Source: an uncultured delta proteobacterium
GTDB taxonomy: Bacteria; Myxococcota; Myxococcia; Myxococcales; Anaeromyxobacteraceae
Length of the DNA stretch: 64,000 nucleotides
Direction of reading: 5' to 3'
Assembly (NCBI GenBank): GCA_963766715.1
Contig: CAVYBH010000008.1
Span: 256,001-320,000, forward strand
Shown here: positions 13,556-24,261 of the stretch, piece after piece
Numbering within the stretch: the stretch's first letter is position 1
Layout: each line of letters begins with the position of its first letter
The notes under the pieces: generated by a model
What the model saw: the letters and a program-made list of their open reading frames with translations, nothing else
Told to the model about the DNA's origin: nothing
Database searches by the model: none
Made by a program: the position numbers and the translations under genes

Positions 13556-15553
13556 ATGACCCAATCCTCTCATTCACCCGGCGACACGACCCCGTCGGGG
13601 AGCGAGGTCCCGGAAACGCCCGTCGCGCCGGGGGGACCGGGCTCGATCCTGCGCCGGCTGTTCGCCGGCGAGCGGCAACCTCATGGTGGTCGCTGGTGCT
13701 GCTCGCCATGGTCGCCCTGCCGGTGGTGGCGTCGATCTGGCGCCGCTTCACGGGCCAGTCGATCCCGAGCGCCACGGTGCTGGTGCAGCACCTCACCTTG
13801 TGGGTCGGCTTCCTCGGCGCCCTGCTGGCGACCCGATCGGGGAAGCACCTCCACCTCACCACGCTCGACCTCTTCCCGAACGGCCCCGCCCGCGAGGCCG
13901 TCCAGGTCTTCACCCGCTGGGTGTCGGCGGCGGTGACGGCGGTGCTCGCCTACGCGTCCGCGAAGCTCGTTCACGCGGAGAGCGAGAGCCGGCTGGTGAT
14001 CGGCGGCATCCCCTTCTGGTGGAGCATGTCGGTGATGCCGGTCTCGCTGGCGGCCATGTCGGTCGTCTTCGCCTGGCGCGCCAATCCGGGACGCCTCCGC
14101 TGGCTCATCCGGCTGGGCGGGCTCACCGTCGTCGCCCTCACCTTCCTGTGGAGCGAGGCCTCGCTGCCGGACCCGGGCTCGTGGCCGCTCGACGTCCTGG
14201 GCGCGCCCGGCCGGGCCTTCGCGGGCGTCTCGGCCCGCTTCGGGTCGCCTGCTCGGGCCGCTCGCCACCCCGGGGGCCATCGTCTGGACCTTCGGCATCG
14301 CGGTGGGCGTCGCCTTCCTGCTCGGCGCTCCGGTCTTCGTGGGCATGGCGGGCATCGCCATGGTCCTCTTCGTGAAGGACAGCACGCCCGTGGCGGCCGT
14401 CCCCACCCAGACCTTCACGCTGGTCTCCTCGCCGACGCTGGCGGCCATCCCGCTCCTCACGGTGGCCGGCTACGTCCTCGCCGAGGGCGGCGCCGCGCAG
14501 CGGCTGGTGCGCGCCTACCGCGGCCTCTTCGGCTGGATGCCGGGCGGGCTGGCGGTGATGTCGGTGGCGGTGGCGGCGCTCTTCACCACCTTCACCGGGG
14601 CCTCCGGCGTCACCATCCTCGCGCTGGGCGGGCTGCTGCTCCCCTCGCTGCTCGACGACGGCTACCCCGAGGGATTCTCGGTCGGGCTCGTCACGGCGGC
14701 CGGCTCCCTCGGCCTGCTCTTCCCCCCGTCCCTGCCGGTCATCCTGTACGGGGTGGTGGCCGGCACCGCCATCGAGGACCTCTTCATCGGCGGGCTCGTG
14801 CCCGGCATCCTCATGATCGTGCTGGTGGCCGCCTACGGCGTCTACATGGGGGTGAAGTTCAAGGCGCCTCGCCAGAAGTTCCAGCCCGCCGAGGCCCTGC
14901 GATCGCTCTGGGAGGCCAAGTGGGACCTGGGCCTCCCCACGCTGGTGGTGGTGGTCGTCGTCTCCGGGTTCGCCACCATCGTCGAGGCCTCGGCCATGGC
15001 GGCGGCCTACGCGCTCTTCGTGGAGCTGGTGATCTTCCGGGAGCTCTCGCCGTTCCAGCAGCTCCCCAAGGTGCTCCTCGACGCCGGGACGCTGGTGGGC
15101 AGCGTGCTCATCCTGCTCGGGGTGGCGCTCGGCCTGACCAGCTGGTTCGTCGACGCCGAGATCCCCACCCAGCTCGTGGAGTGGATGACCACCCACGTGA
15201 AGAGCCCGGCCCTCTTCCTGCTCATGCTGAACGTGGTGCTGCTCGTGCTCGGCAGCGTGCTCGAGATCTACTCGGCCATCGTGGTGGTGGCGCCGCTCGT
15301 CGCCCCGCTCGGCAAGGCCTACGGCATCGACCCGGTCCACCTGGGCGTGGTCTTCCTCGCCAACCTCGAGCTGGGCTTCCTCTTCCCGCCCATGGGGCTC
15401 AACCTCTTCCTCTCGGCCCAGCGCTTCGGCAAGCCGCTGCCCTTCGTCTACCGGAAGGCCTTCCCGTTCCTGGTGATCATGTCGGCCGGCGTGCTGCTCG
15501 TGACCTACCTCGAGCCGATGACCACGGGCGTGGTCCGGCTCTTCAAGGGGTAG
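13556..15553 (+). CDS. Fused TRAP small+large permease (DctQM), frameshifted
   Basis: LTLWVGFLGALLA..GKHL (DctQ); AIPLLTVAGYVL, FTGASGVTILALG, GSLGLLFPPS, PPMGLNLF (DctM). Confidence 0.9.
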
Positions 15554-16259
15554 CGCCCCGGCGCGGGGCCGGCCAGCCCTCCCGCAGCGCGAAGATCGCG
15601 AAGGTGACGGCCCAGGCTCCCACCACGTCGATCGAGTAGTGGATGTGGGCGAGCATCACCGTCGCGGTCACCGCCAGGCTCGCCGCGAGCGCCACGGGCG
15701 CGAGCCGCGACCTCCCACGCAGGTAGAGCCAGAGCAGGAACGTGGTCGCCACGTGGCCGGAGAAGAAGAGGTCCTTGGTGAGGTAGGCGGCGATGGCGCC
15801 GCGGTCGAAGACGCCCACCGGCGAGAGGAGCTCGGCGAAGGCCGCGCCGAAGCCGCGCGCGCCGATGCCCGGCCCCGCGTGGGCCGGGTCGGGGACGCCG
15901 AGCCCGGTGAGCGCGATGGTGACGCCCCGCGCGAGCGAGACGAGCCCCCCGGTCACCATGTAGCGCACCCAGCGGCGTGGCTCGCTCCAGAGGAGCGCGG
16001 CCGCGAGCGGGACGTACACCCCGAGCCAGATCCAGTAGTTGGCCCGGTCGACCCAGGGCAGGTAGGGCAGGCGGGAGAGGAGCGCGTCCGGGAGCGTGGG
16101 CGCCGGCCGCAGCTCGGCCTGGAGCGCGAGCGCCGTCATCGCGGCGTAGGCGGCGTAGCGAAAGGCCAGCGCGCCGCCGATGGCCGGCCAGATCCGGAGG
16201 ATGGCGCGAAGCCCGCCGGACCCGCCCCGAGGCGCGGCGTCCTCCGGGCCCCGGTTCAC
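15543..16259 (-). CDS. PAP2-superfamily membrane protein, sphingomyelin-synthase-like (PAP2_C)
   Basis: LPD, KDLFFSGH and HIHYSIDV motifs, multiple TM segments; GTG start overlaps TolC stop. Confidence 0.78.
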   Translation of the reverse strand: MNRGPEDAAPRGGSGGLRAILRIWPAIGGALAFRYAAYAAMTALALQAELRPAPTLPDALLSRLPYLPWVDRANYWIWLGVYVPLAAALLWSEPRRWVRYMVTGGLVSLARGVTIALTGLGVPDPAHAGPGIGARGFGAAFAELLSPVGVFDRGAIAAYLTKDLFFSGHVATTFLLWLYLRGRSRLAPVALAASLAVTATVMLAHIHYSIDVVGAWAVTFAIFALREGWPAPRRGATP

Positions 16260-17596
16260 GGGAAGCGGCCTGCCGCGGAGAGCAGGTCGAGGTTCGCCTG
16301 CCTCACGGCGTCCTCGGCGATGACGGCCGTGGTGGCGGCGTCGCGGGCGCGGCGCTCGGCGTCGATGACGTCGAGGTTGCTCGTGGCGCCGGCCCGGTAG
16401 GCCAGGTTCGCCAGCTCGAGCGTCGCCGTCGCGCTGTCGGCTCCGCGGCGGGCGGCGTCGTAGCCCGCGTAGGAGTAGCGCATCGCCTCGAACGAGACGC
16501 GCACGTCGGAACGGGCCTGGCGGATCACGCCCTCGAGCGCCGCCTCGGCCTCGCTGGCCAGGGCGCGCCGCTCCTTCACCTGCGCGGGGCGCAAGCCCGC
16601 CCTCGAAGAGCGGGAAGGCCAGCACGAACTGGGCGACCCAGCCGCTCGCCGGCGAGAGCGCCGTCGAGGGATCCTGCAGGTATCCCTGGAACGAGCCGGC
16701 CAGCACCGGCATCCAGTCGCTCCAGCTGTCCTTCCAGATCGCCGTGGCCAGGTCCTTCCGGCCGGCTGGCCGCCTGCACGTCCTGCCGGCCCGACACCGC
16801 CTCCTCCGAGGCGTCGAGGTCGGGGTAGAACTTCACCGCGGGCACGTTGGTGGCGTCGAGCGGCCCGCTGGCGCCGCAGATCACGCCGAGCGCCTCCCGG
16901 CCGCGTGCGAGCAGGCGCGTAGGTCGCCTGCAGCTGCACCTCGGCGGCCCAGCGCTCCTGCTCGGCCCGCTTCACGTCGAGCTCGTTGCCGACCCCGCCC
17001 TTCCGGCGGGCCACCGCGTACTCCTCGTGCTCCCGGCCCACCTTCACGGCGCTCTGGCTCACGTCCACGGCGCGGCGGGCGGCGATCACGCCCAGGTAGG
17101 CCCGCGCCGCGGTGATGGCCACGGTGCGCCGCACGTCGGCGTCGGACAGCGTGGCCACGTCGATGCCCTGGACCCCGTGCGCCCACCCGTACCACCGGGA
17201 GACCGCGACGAGCGGGGCGCCCACCGTCGCCGTTCCCTGCACCGCCTGCCCCGGCTGGACCACCCGGCCCCCCAGGATGCGGTCGTGATCGAGGATCGTG
17301 TAGGTCCCGCCGAGGGTCGACGAAGGGGAGCGCGGCGGCGCGTGCCTGCCCCATGAGCCCCTCGGCCCGGACGATCTCCTGGGCCGCGATGAGCGCGTTC
17401 GTGTTGTAGGCGAGCGCCCGCTTCACGGCGTCCTCGAAGGTGATCGGCTCCGGCGCGGCGATGCGCGCCTGGAGGACCACGTCCGGGGCCGGCGTCAGCG
17501 CCGGGGGAAGGGTCGAGGTGGGGCCCGCGGGCGACTGCGCGCCGGCGGGGAGGGCCGCCAGGAGCGGCGAGGACGACGAGGACGGTGCGTTCTCAT
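16256..17596 (-). CDS. TolC-family outer membrane factor (several frameshifts)
   Basis: Signal peptide, ITFEDAVKRAL, AYRAGATSNLDVIDAER; downstream of the RND gene. Confidence 0.88.
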
Positions 17597-20500
17597 GTGG
17601 CTGCCTCCACGCTGCCCTCCTCCTCCGGCTCGTCGCTGCCCGGTGCCGGGGGCTCGAAGCGGGCGAGGAGCGTGTAGAGGGCAGGGATGAGGAAGAGGGT
17701 GAAGAAGGTGGAGACGGTCAGGCCGCCGATGACGGCCCGGGCGAGCGGCATGTTGGTCTCGCTGCCCTCGCCGATGCCGAGCGCCATGGGCATGAGGCCG
17801 GCGATGGTGGCGATGGTGGTCATGAGGATCGGGCGCAGCCGGGTCTTCCCGGCCTGGACGGTGGCCTCCAGGATCGGGCGCCCGCGCTCGCGCAGCACCC
17901 GCGCGAAGTCGACGAGCAGCACGCCGTTCGAGACCACGATGCCCACCATCATGATGATGCCCATGAAGCTGTTCACGTTGAGCGTCGTCCCGGTCATCCA
18001 GAGCGCCAGGAAGACGCCGCTCACGCCCAGGGGGACCGAGAACATGATGACGAGCGGGTCGAGGAGCGATTTGAACTGCGAGGCGAGGATCATGTAGACG
18101 AGCGCCAGCGCCATGAGCGCCGCGAAGCGCAGGCTGGCGAAGGCCTCGCGCTGCGCCTGGGTCTGGCCGGAGAGCTGGACGGTGAAGCCCTCGGGCGGCG
18201 GGATCTCGTCGATCACCTTCTCCGCCGCGGCGCTGGCCGTGCCCAGGTCGACGCCGGGCGTGGTGTTGGCGGTGATGTCCACGATGCGCTGGAGGTACTT
18301 CCGGTTCACCTGCACCGGGCCGGCGGAGCGCTTCACCTGCGCGACGTTGGCGAGCGGGAGCACGGAGCCGTCGCCGGCGCGGACCAGCACCTCGGCGAGG
18401 TCGGAGACCTCGTTGCGCCCCTCGTCCCCGAGCCGGACGTTGATGAAGTACTGGTTGCCCGACTTGGGATCGGTGAACGGCACCGGCGCGAACTGGGTGT
18501 TGCCGACCAGGCTGGTGAGCACGGTCTGCGCCACCTGCTGCTCGGACACGCCCAGCATGCCGGCCTTCTCCCGGTCCACCACCACGTCGAGCTCGGGGTA
18601 GTTCTCCTCCCGCGAGATCTGGAGGTCGGTGAGCATGGGCCGGCCGTCCGGGGCGGAGAGCGCCCGGAGGCGGGGCAGGAGCCGCTTCGCGTAGTCGCTC
18701 CCGGCGTCCAGGTCGTAGCCCACCACCTCGATGTCGATGGGGGCGGCGGCGCCGAAGTTGAGGATGCGCTTCACGATGCCGCCCACGAAGAAGTACGACT
18801 GCACGCCGGGGATGGCGTCCCGCAGCCCGGCGCGCACCTTGTCGGCGGCCTCCTCGTCGGTGACGGGCCGCTGGGTGTGGGGGACGAGGTAGGCCTGCAC
18901 CGTCCCGGTGTGGGGACCGGTGTTGGAGGTGAAGAGCGCGGTGCGCCCCTGGGGCAGGCCGACCGTGGAGATCACCGTGGTGGCCACCGGGCCGCCGTCC
19001 GCCGCCTTCACCGGCGCCAGCGTGTCGCGGATCGTCTGCTCGATCCGCTTGGTGACGTCCTCCGAGCGCTCCACCCGGGTCCCGACCGGCGCCTTGAAGA
19101 TGACCTGGAACTGGCTCTCGTCGGTGGGCGGGAAGAACTCGGTTCCCACGTAGCGGACGAGCCCCATCGACGCGACGAAGAAGACCAGGATCCCCACGAT
19201 CACCATGCCGCGGTGGCCGAGCACCCAGAGCAGCGACCCGCGCGTAGCCCTCGTCGATCCGGTTCAGCTGCCGGGTGATCCGGCGCGCGAACCCCTCGGC
19301 GCCCATCTTGTGGCCGCGCCGGTCCAGGTACTGCAGGCAGAGGATGGGGGTGACGGTCCGGGAGACGAAGAAGCTCATCATCAAGGCGAAGGCGATGGTG
19401 AGCGCCAGCGGGATGAAGAGGTTGCGGGCCACGCCGGTGAGGAAGACCACCGGGAAGAAGACCACGATGGTGGTGATGGTGGAGACGAAGATGGGCATGG
19501 CCACCTCCTGGGCGGCGGCCAGCACGGCGCTGCGGCGGTCGCCCCCCATCTCCAGGTGCCGGTGGATGTTCTCCAGCTCCACGATCGAGTCGTCGACGAG
19601 CCGCCCCACGCCCAGCGCCAGTCCGCCCAGCGTGAACACGTTGAGGGTCTGGCCGGAGAAGTAGAGCAGGACGAAGGTGGCGACGATGGAGAGCGGGATG
19701 GCCACGGCGATGATGCCGGTGGCCGACCAGCTGGCCAGGAAGAGCAGGATGACCAGGATGGCGAGCCCGCTTCCCCAGGCCGCCTCGTGCTCCAGCGAGG
19801 AGATGGCCGCCCGGATGTAGGCCGACTGGTCGAAGGAGACCGTCAGCTGGACGTTGGGCGGGACCCCGCGAAGCCCGGGCAGGGCCTTGCGGAGCTGGTC
19901 CACCACGTCGACGGTGTTCGCGCCCGGCTGCTTCAGCACGCGGAAGTAGACGCCGCGCGCCCCGTTCACGCGGGCGATCTCGGTCTGGTCGGCGGTGCCG
20001 TCGACCAGCTGGGCCACGTCGGCGATGCGGACCGGCGCGCCGCGGTCGTTCCCGGCCCCCTTGGCCGCCGGGCGCACCACCACGTCGCCGAGCGGCCGGG
20101 CGGCGCCGATCTGGGTGTTGGAGAAGACGTTGTAGTCGCGGTCGCCGGCGCGCAGGTTCCCGCTGGGGAGCAGGAGGTTGGAGGCCCGCACGGTGTTCAC
20201 CACGTCGAGCACGGTGAGGCCGCGTGAGCGCAGCGAGTCGTTCGCCACCAGGACCTGGATCTCGCGGACCTTGCCGCCGCCGAGGGGGGCGCTGGCCACG
20301 CCCTTGATCCGCTCGAGCTGGGGCTCGACCACGTTGTACCCGAGGTCGTAGAGCTCCTTCTCGTCGAGCCCCTCGGCGCTCATGGAGACGAAGGCCACCG
20401 GGATGTTGGAGACGTCGAACTTGACGATGAAGGGCTGGTCGATGCCCGGCGGCAGGGTGTTCAGGATCTGCGCCACCCGCTGCTGCACCTCGAACTGCGC

Positions 20501-20809
20501 GTTGTCGAGGTTCACGCCGTACTGGAACCACACCGTGACCGCAGAGAAGCCCTGCTTGGAGACGCTCTCCACCCGGTCCACGCCCGGCGCGGCGGAGACG
20601 GCCCGCTCGATGGGCACGGTGATCGACTTCTCGACGTCGATGGGGCCGGCCCCCGTGTAGAAGGTGGCCACCCGGATCTGGGGGATGTCGATGTTGGGGA
20701 AGAGGTCGACCGGGAGCCGCGTGAGGGACACCCACCCGAGGGCGAGCGTCATGAGCGACATCATCAGGATGAAGATGGGGTTGCGGAGGGCGAGCCGGGT
20801 CAGCCACAT
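17593..20809 (-). CDS. RND efflux transporter permease (frameshift near 19240)
   Basis: LPVDLFPNID, GRLVDDSIVELENI, GIVVSNGVLLVD, RLRPILMTT, PLARAVIGGL. Confidence 0.96.
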
Positions 20810-20827
20810 GACGTCTCGGTCCCTTCC

Positions 20828-21919
20828 CTACTTCGCCGCGGAGACGGGGGCGGTGGGCTTGCCCGAGTACGGGTCGACGCCCCGCACCGGCCGGATCGCG
20901 CTCCCGTCGGCGAGGGTGTCGGTGCCGGCGGTGACGATCTCGTCGCCGGCCTTGAGCCCGTCGAGGACCTCGTACCAGTTGCCGCCGTCGACGCCGATCC
21001 GGAGCTCGACCCGCTTCGCCTTCTCCCCCTGCACCAGGTAGGCGTAGTAGCGGCCGTCGGAGATCTGCACGGCGCCGGCGGGGACGACGACCGCGCCCAG
21101 GTGGCTGGCGGTCACGAGCGTCCCGCGCCCGTACATCCCGGGGGAGAGCTCCCCCGGGTTCACCAGGTGCACCTCGGCGTCCACGGTCCGGGAGACCGGG
21201 TCGAAGGCCGGGGACATGCGGACCACCTTGCCCACGTACCGCTTGCCGGGCAGGGCGTCGAACTCGGCGCTGGCGGCCTGGCCGAGCTTCACCCGGGGCG
21301 CGTCCTTCTCGTTGACCGGCACGAAGACCCGCAGCACGTCGTTCTTCTGGACGGTGAGGATCGTCCCGGTGCCGGCGTTGGGTCCCACCAGCACGCCCGG
21401 ATCGAGCCGGCGCTGGGAGACCACGCCGTCGATGGGCGACTCGATGCGGGTCTCGCCGAGCCGGGTGGTCACGGCCTGGAGGTCGGCCTCCGCCTTCGCG
21501 TAGGCGCTCTGGGCGCTCTGCAGCTCCTGCTGCGACACCACCCCGGCCGGCGCCAGCGACTCGGCGCGGGCCTTGTTCACCTTGGCGAGATCGAAGGCGA
21601 CCCGGGCCGCCTCCATCTGGCTGGGCAGGTCGGAGGGGCGGACCACGGCCAGCAGCTGGCCCTTGCGGACGCGGTCGCCCCGGTCGACCAGGACGGCGTC
21701 GAGGTAGCCGAGCGTCTTCGCGCCCACGTCGGCCTGGAAGAGGGGGCGGAGGTCGACCGGCGCGCGGATCTCGACGGGCACGTCGCGGACCTCGACGGGG
21801 GCGACCGTGACGGCGGGGGGTGGGCGCTGGCGGGCGGCGGGGGCTCCGCCCTTGCAAGCGCCGACGGAGAGCAGGAGCGCGACGGACAGCCAGCGTCCCG
21901 CCCGGGAGGAGGAGGGCAT
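20828..21919 (-). CDS. RND periplasmic adaptor (membrane fusion protein)
   Basis: Lipoprotein-like signal (SVGAC), VDRGDRVRKGQLLA, IESPIDGVV, LSPGMY. Confidence 0.93.
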   Translation of the reverse strand: MPSSSRAGRWLSVALLLSVGACKGGAPAARQRPPPAVTVAPVEVRDVPVEIRAPVDLRPLFQADVGAKTLGYLDAVLVDRGDRVRKGQLLAVVRPSDLPSQMEAARVAFDLAKVNKARAESLAPAGVVSQQELQSAQSAYAKAEADLQAVTTRLGETRIESPIDGVVSQRRLDPGVLVGPNAGTGTILTVQKNDVLRVFVPVNEKDAPRVKLGQAASAEFDALPGKRYVGKVVRMSPAFDPVSRTVDAEVHLVNPGELSPGMYGRGTLVTASHLGAVVVPAGAVQISDGRYYAYLVQGEKAKRVELRIGVDGGNWYEVLDGLKAGDEIVTAGTDTLADGSAIRPVRGVDPYSGKPTAPVSAAK

Positions 21920-21981
21920 CGGGGAGGAATAGCCGCACCCCCCCGGAAAGACAAGCGCCGGCCCGGCCCCGCAACGCTTCT

Positions 21982-22845
21982 TCACGGAGACGGAGGAGGC
22001 GCCTCCGGACCCGCTCCCCACAGCTCCCGGACCAGCTTCGGGCGCACGCCTGCGGCTGCCAGGAGCGCGTCGAGCCGCGCGCGCGCCGGTCGCGACTCCC
22101 CGTGAATCCTGCGCCCCAGGATGAGCTCGTTCTTGAGCGAGTGCTCCCACCCCGCCAGCTCGGTCACCGTCACCTGGTAGCCGAGCGCCTCGAGCGCGAT
22201 CGCGCGGATCACGTTCGTGAGGTGCGAGCCCAGCTCCCGGCGATGCCAGGGGTGGCGGTGCATCTCGGCCAGCGCCGGGTCGGCGCCCTGGCGGTCGGCG
22301 AGCTGTCGCGCCACCTCGGCCTGGCAGCAGGGAACCACCGCGACGTGATCGGCGCCGTGCCGGGCGGCGAGCACCAGCGCGTCGTCGGTGGCGGTGTCGC
22401 AGGCGTGCAGCGCGGTGACGAGATGCACGCGCTCCGGGACGGGCGCGGCGGCCACGTCGGCGGCCAGGAAGCGCATCCGATCGTAGCCCAGCCGCGCCGC
22501 CCGCTCGGTCGCCGCCCGGGCCAGCTCCGGCCGGGACTCGATGCCGACGAGGGTCCCCTTCCCCGCCGGCCCCACGAAGAGCTCGTAGAGGATGAAGCCC
22601 AGGTAGCCCTTGCCGGAGCCGCAGTCCACGATCACCGGGTCGCCGAAGCGGGAGAGCACGTCCTCGAGGGCCGGGGCGAGCAGGCGGACGAGGTGATTCA
22701 CCTGCTTCAGCTTGCGGAGGCTGTCGGCGTTCAGGTCGCCGTCGCGGGTGAGGAGGTGCAGCTCCTGGAGCAGCGCCCTCGACTCCCCGGGGAGCAGCTC
22801 CTTGCCGACCTCCTCGCGATTCACCTTGCGGCGCATGGACGGCAT
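21982..22845 (-). CDS. Class I SAM-dependent methyltransferase
   Basis: IVDCGSGKGYLGF, ALHACDTATDDAL, VPCCQ, EHSLKN. Confidence 0.88.
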   Translation of the reverse strand: MPSMRRKVNREEVGKELLPGESRALLQELHLLTRDGDLNADSLRKLKQVNHLVRLLAPALEDVLSRFGDPVIVDCGSGKGYLGFILYELFVGPAGKGTLVGIESRPELARAATERAARLGYDRMRFLAADVAAAPVPERVHLVTALHACDTATDDALVLAARHGADHVAVVPCCQAEVARQLADRQGADPALAEMHRHPWHRRELGSHLTNVIRAIALEALGYQVTVTELAGWEHSLKNELILGRRIHGESRPARARLDALLAAAGVRPKLVRELWGAGPEAPPPSP

Positions 22846-22846
22846 C

Positions 22847-23525
22847 CTATCCCCGGCGCCGGGCCAGCGCGCGGCGCGCCGCCCGCCCGAGCAGGAGGAC
22901 CCCGGCCACCGTGGCGGCGAGGCCGGCCCATTGCAGCGCCTGGGCGCCGGGCGCGGCGGCCGCGCGGGCGCCGATCCCCTCCAGGCTGCCGAAGGTCGAG
23001 CCGGCCCACACCCAGGCGAACGTGAGCGGCCCCATGCCCACGAGCGAGCCCAGCGCGAACGCGCCGAGGGGGACCCGCGTGCCCGACAGGCCGTAGTTCA
23101 CGACGTTCTGGGGCGCGAGCGGGGAGAGGCGCAAGAGGACCACGAGCGTCGCTCCCTGCTCGGCCACGGCGTGATCGAGGGCGGCCCACCGGGGGTCGCG
23201 GGCCACGAGCCGCTCCACCAGGCCGCGCAGGAAGGTCCGCCCGGCCAGGAAGGCCAGCGTGGAGCCGGCCGCGCTGCCCGGCAGGGCGACGGCGAAGCCC
23301 GGCGCCGTCCCCCAGGCGATTCCCGCCGCGACCGTGGAGCGGCCAGACCGGCAGGGCCAGGACCGAGCCCGCGGCGTAGGCCAGCCCGAAGGCGGCGACG
23401 CCCGCCGGCCCCGCGTTCCGCGCCCAGGTCGAGAAGCCGCCCAGCCAGGCCCGCCAGGGGGCGACGAGGAGGATCGCCACCGCGGCGGCGAGGAGGACCC
23501 CGGAGAGGATGACGCGACGGCGCAT
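22847..23525 (-). CDS. TVP38/TMEM64 (VTT/DedA superfamily) membrane protein, frameshifted
   Basis: LVVLLRLSPLAPQNVVNY, GSLVGMGP. Confidence 0.82.
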
Positions 23526-23559
23526 GGCGAGGGGCGGAGGATAGCGCTAGGGTGCGGGC

Positions 23560-24231
23560 ATGGCCACGGTCCGCGCTGTGGTGTTCGACGCCTACGGAAC
23601 GCTCCTCGACTTCGCCTCCGCAGCCGAGCGGGCCGGCGACGCGCTCGGGGAGCGCTGGCGCACGCTCGCCGACCTCTGGCGCCGCAAGCAGCTCGAGTAC
23701 ACCTGGCTGCGCAGCCTGATGCGCCGCCACGTCGACTTCTGGCAGGTGACCGGCGAGTCGCTCGACTTCGCGCTCCAGTCCCTGGGGATCCACGACCCCC
23801 CGCTCCGCAAGCGGCTCATGGACCTCTACCTGCAGCTCGACGCCTACGCGGACGCGCGCGAGGCGCTCGTCGCCCTGCGGGCGCAGGGGCTCCGGCTGGC
23901 GGTGCTCTCCAACGGGTCGACCGGCATGCTCGACGCCGGCATCCGCCACTCCCGCCTCGACGAGCTGCTCGACGTGGTCATGTCGGTGGAGGAGGTGGGG
24001 GTCTACAAGCCTTCACCCGAGGTGTATGCGATGGCGGCCCGCCAGCTCGACCTGCTCCCGGGCGAGATTGGCTTCGTCTCGGCGAACGGCTGGGACGCCC
24101 ACGGCGCCAGCGCCTTCGGCTTCCGGGTGGCCTGGTGCAACCGCTCCGGCCAGCCTCCCGAGCGCCTCCCGGGCGCCCCGGAGGTCGAGGTGCGGACGCT
24201 CGCCGACCTGCCGGCCTTCTTCGCCCGCTGA
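23560..24231 (+). CDS. Haloacid dehalogenase type II
   Basis: VVFDAYGTLLD, WRRKQLEYTW, LSNG, YKP, FVSANGWD. Confidence 0.93.
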   Translation: MATVRAVVFDAYGTLLDFASAAERAGDALGERWRTLADLWRRKQLEYTWLRSLMRRHVDFWQVTGESLDFALQSLGIHDPPLRKRLMDLYLQLDAYADAREALVALRAQGLRLAVLSNGSTGMLDAGIRHSRLDELLDVVMSVEEVGVYKPSPEVYAMAARQLDLLPGEIGFVSANGWDAHGASAFGFRVAWCNRSGQPPERLPGAPEVEVRTLADLPAFFAR

Positions 24232-24261
24232 CCGGCGCAGGCGGCGAGGCCGGTCCGTGCG

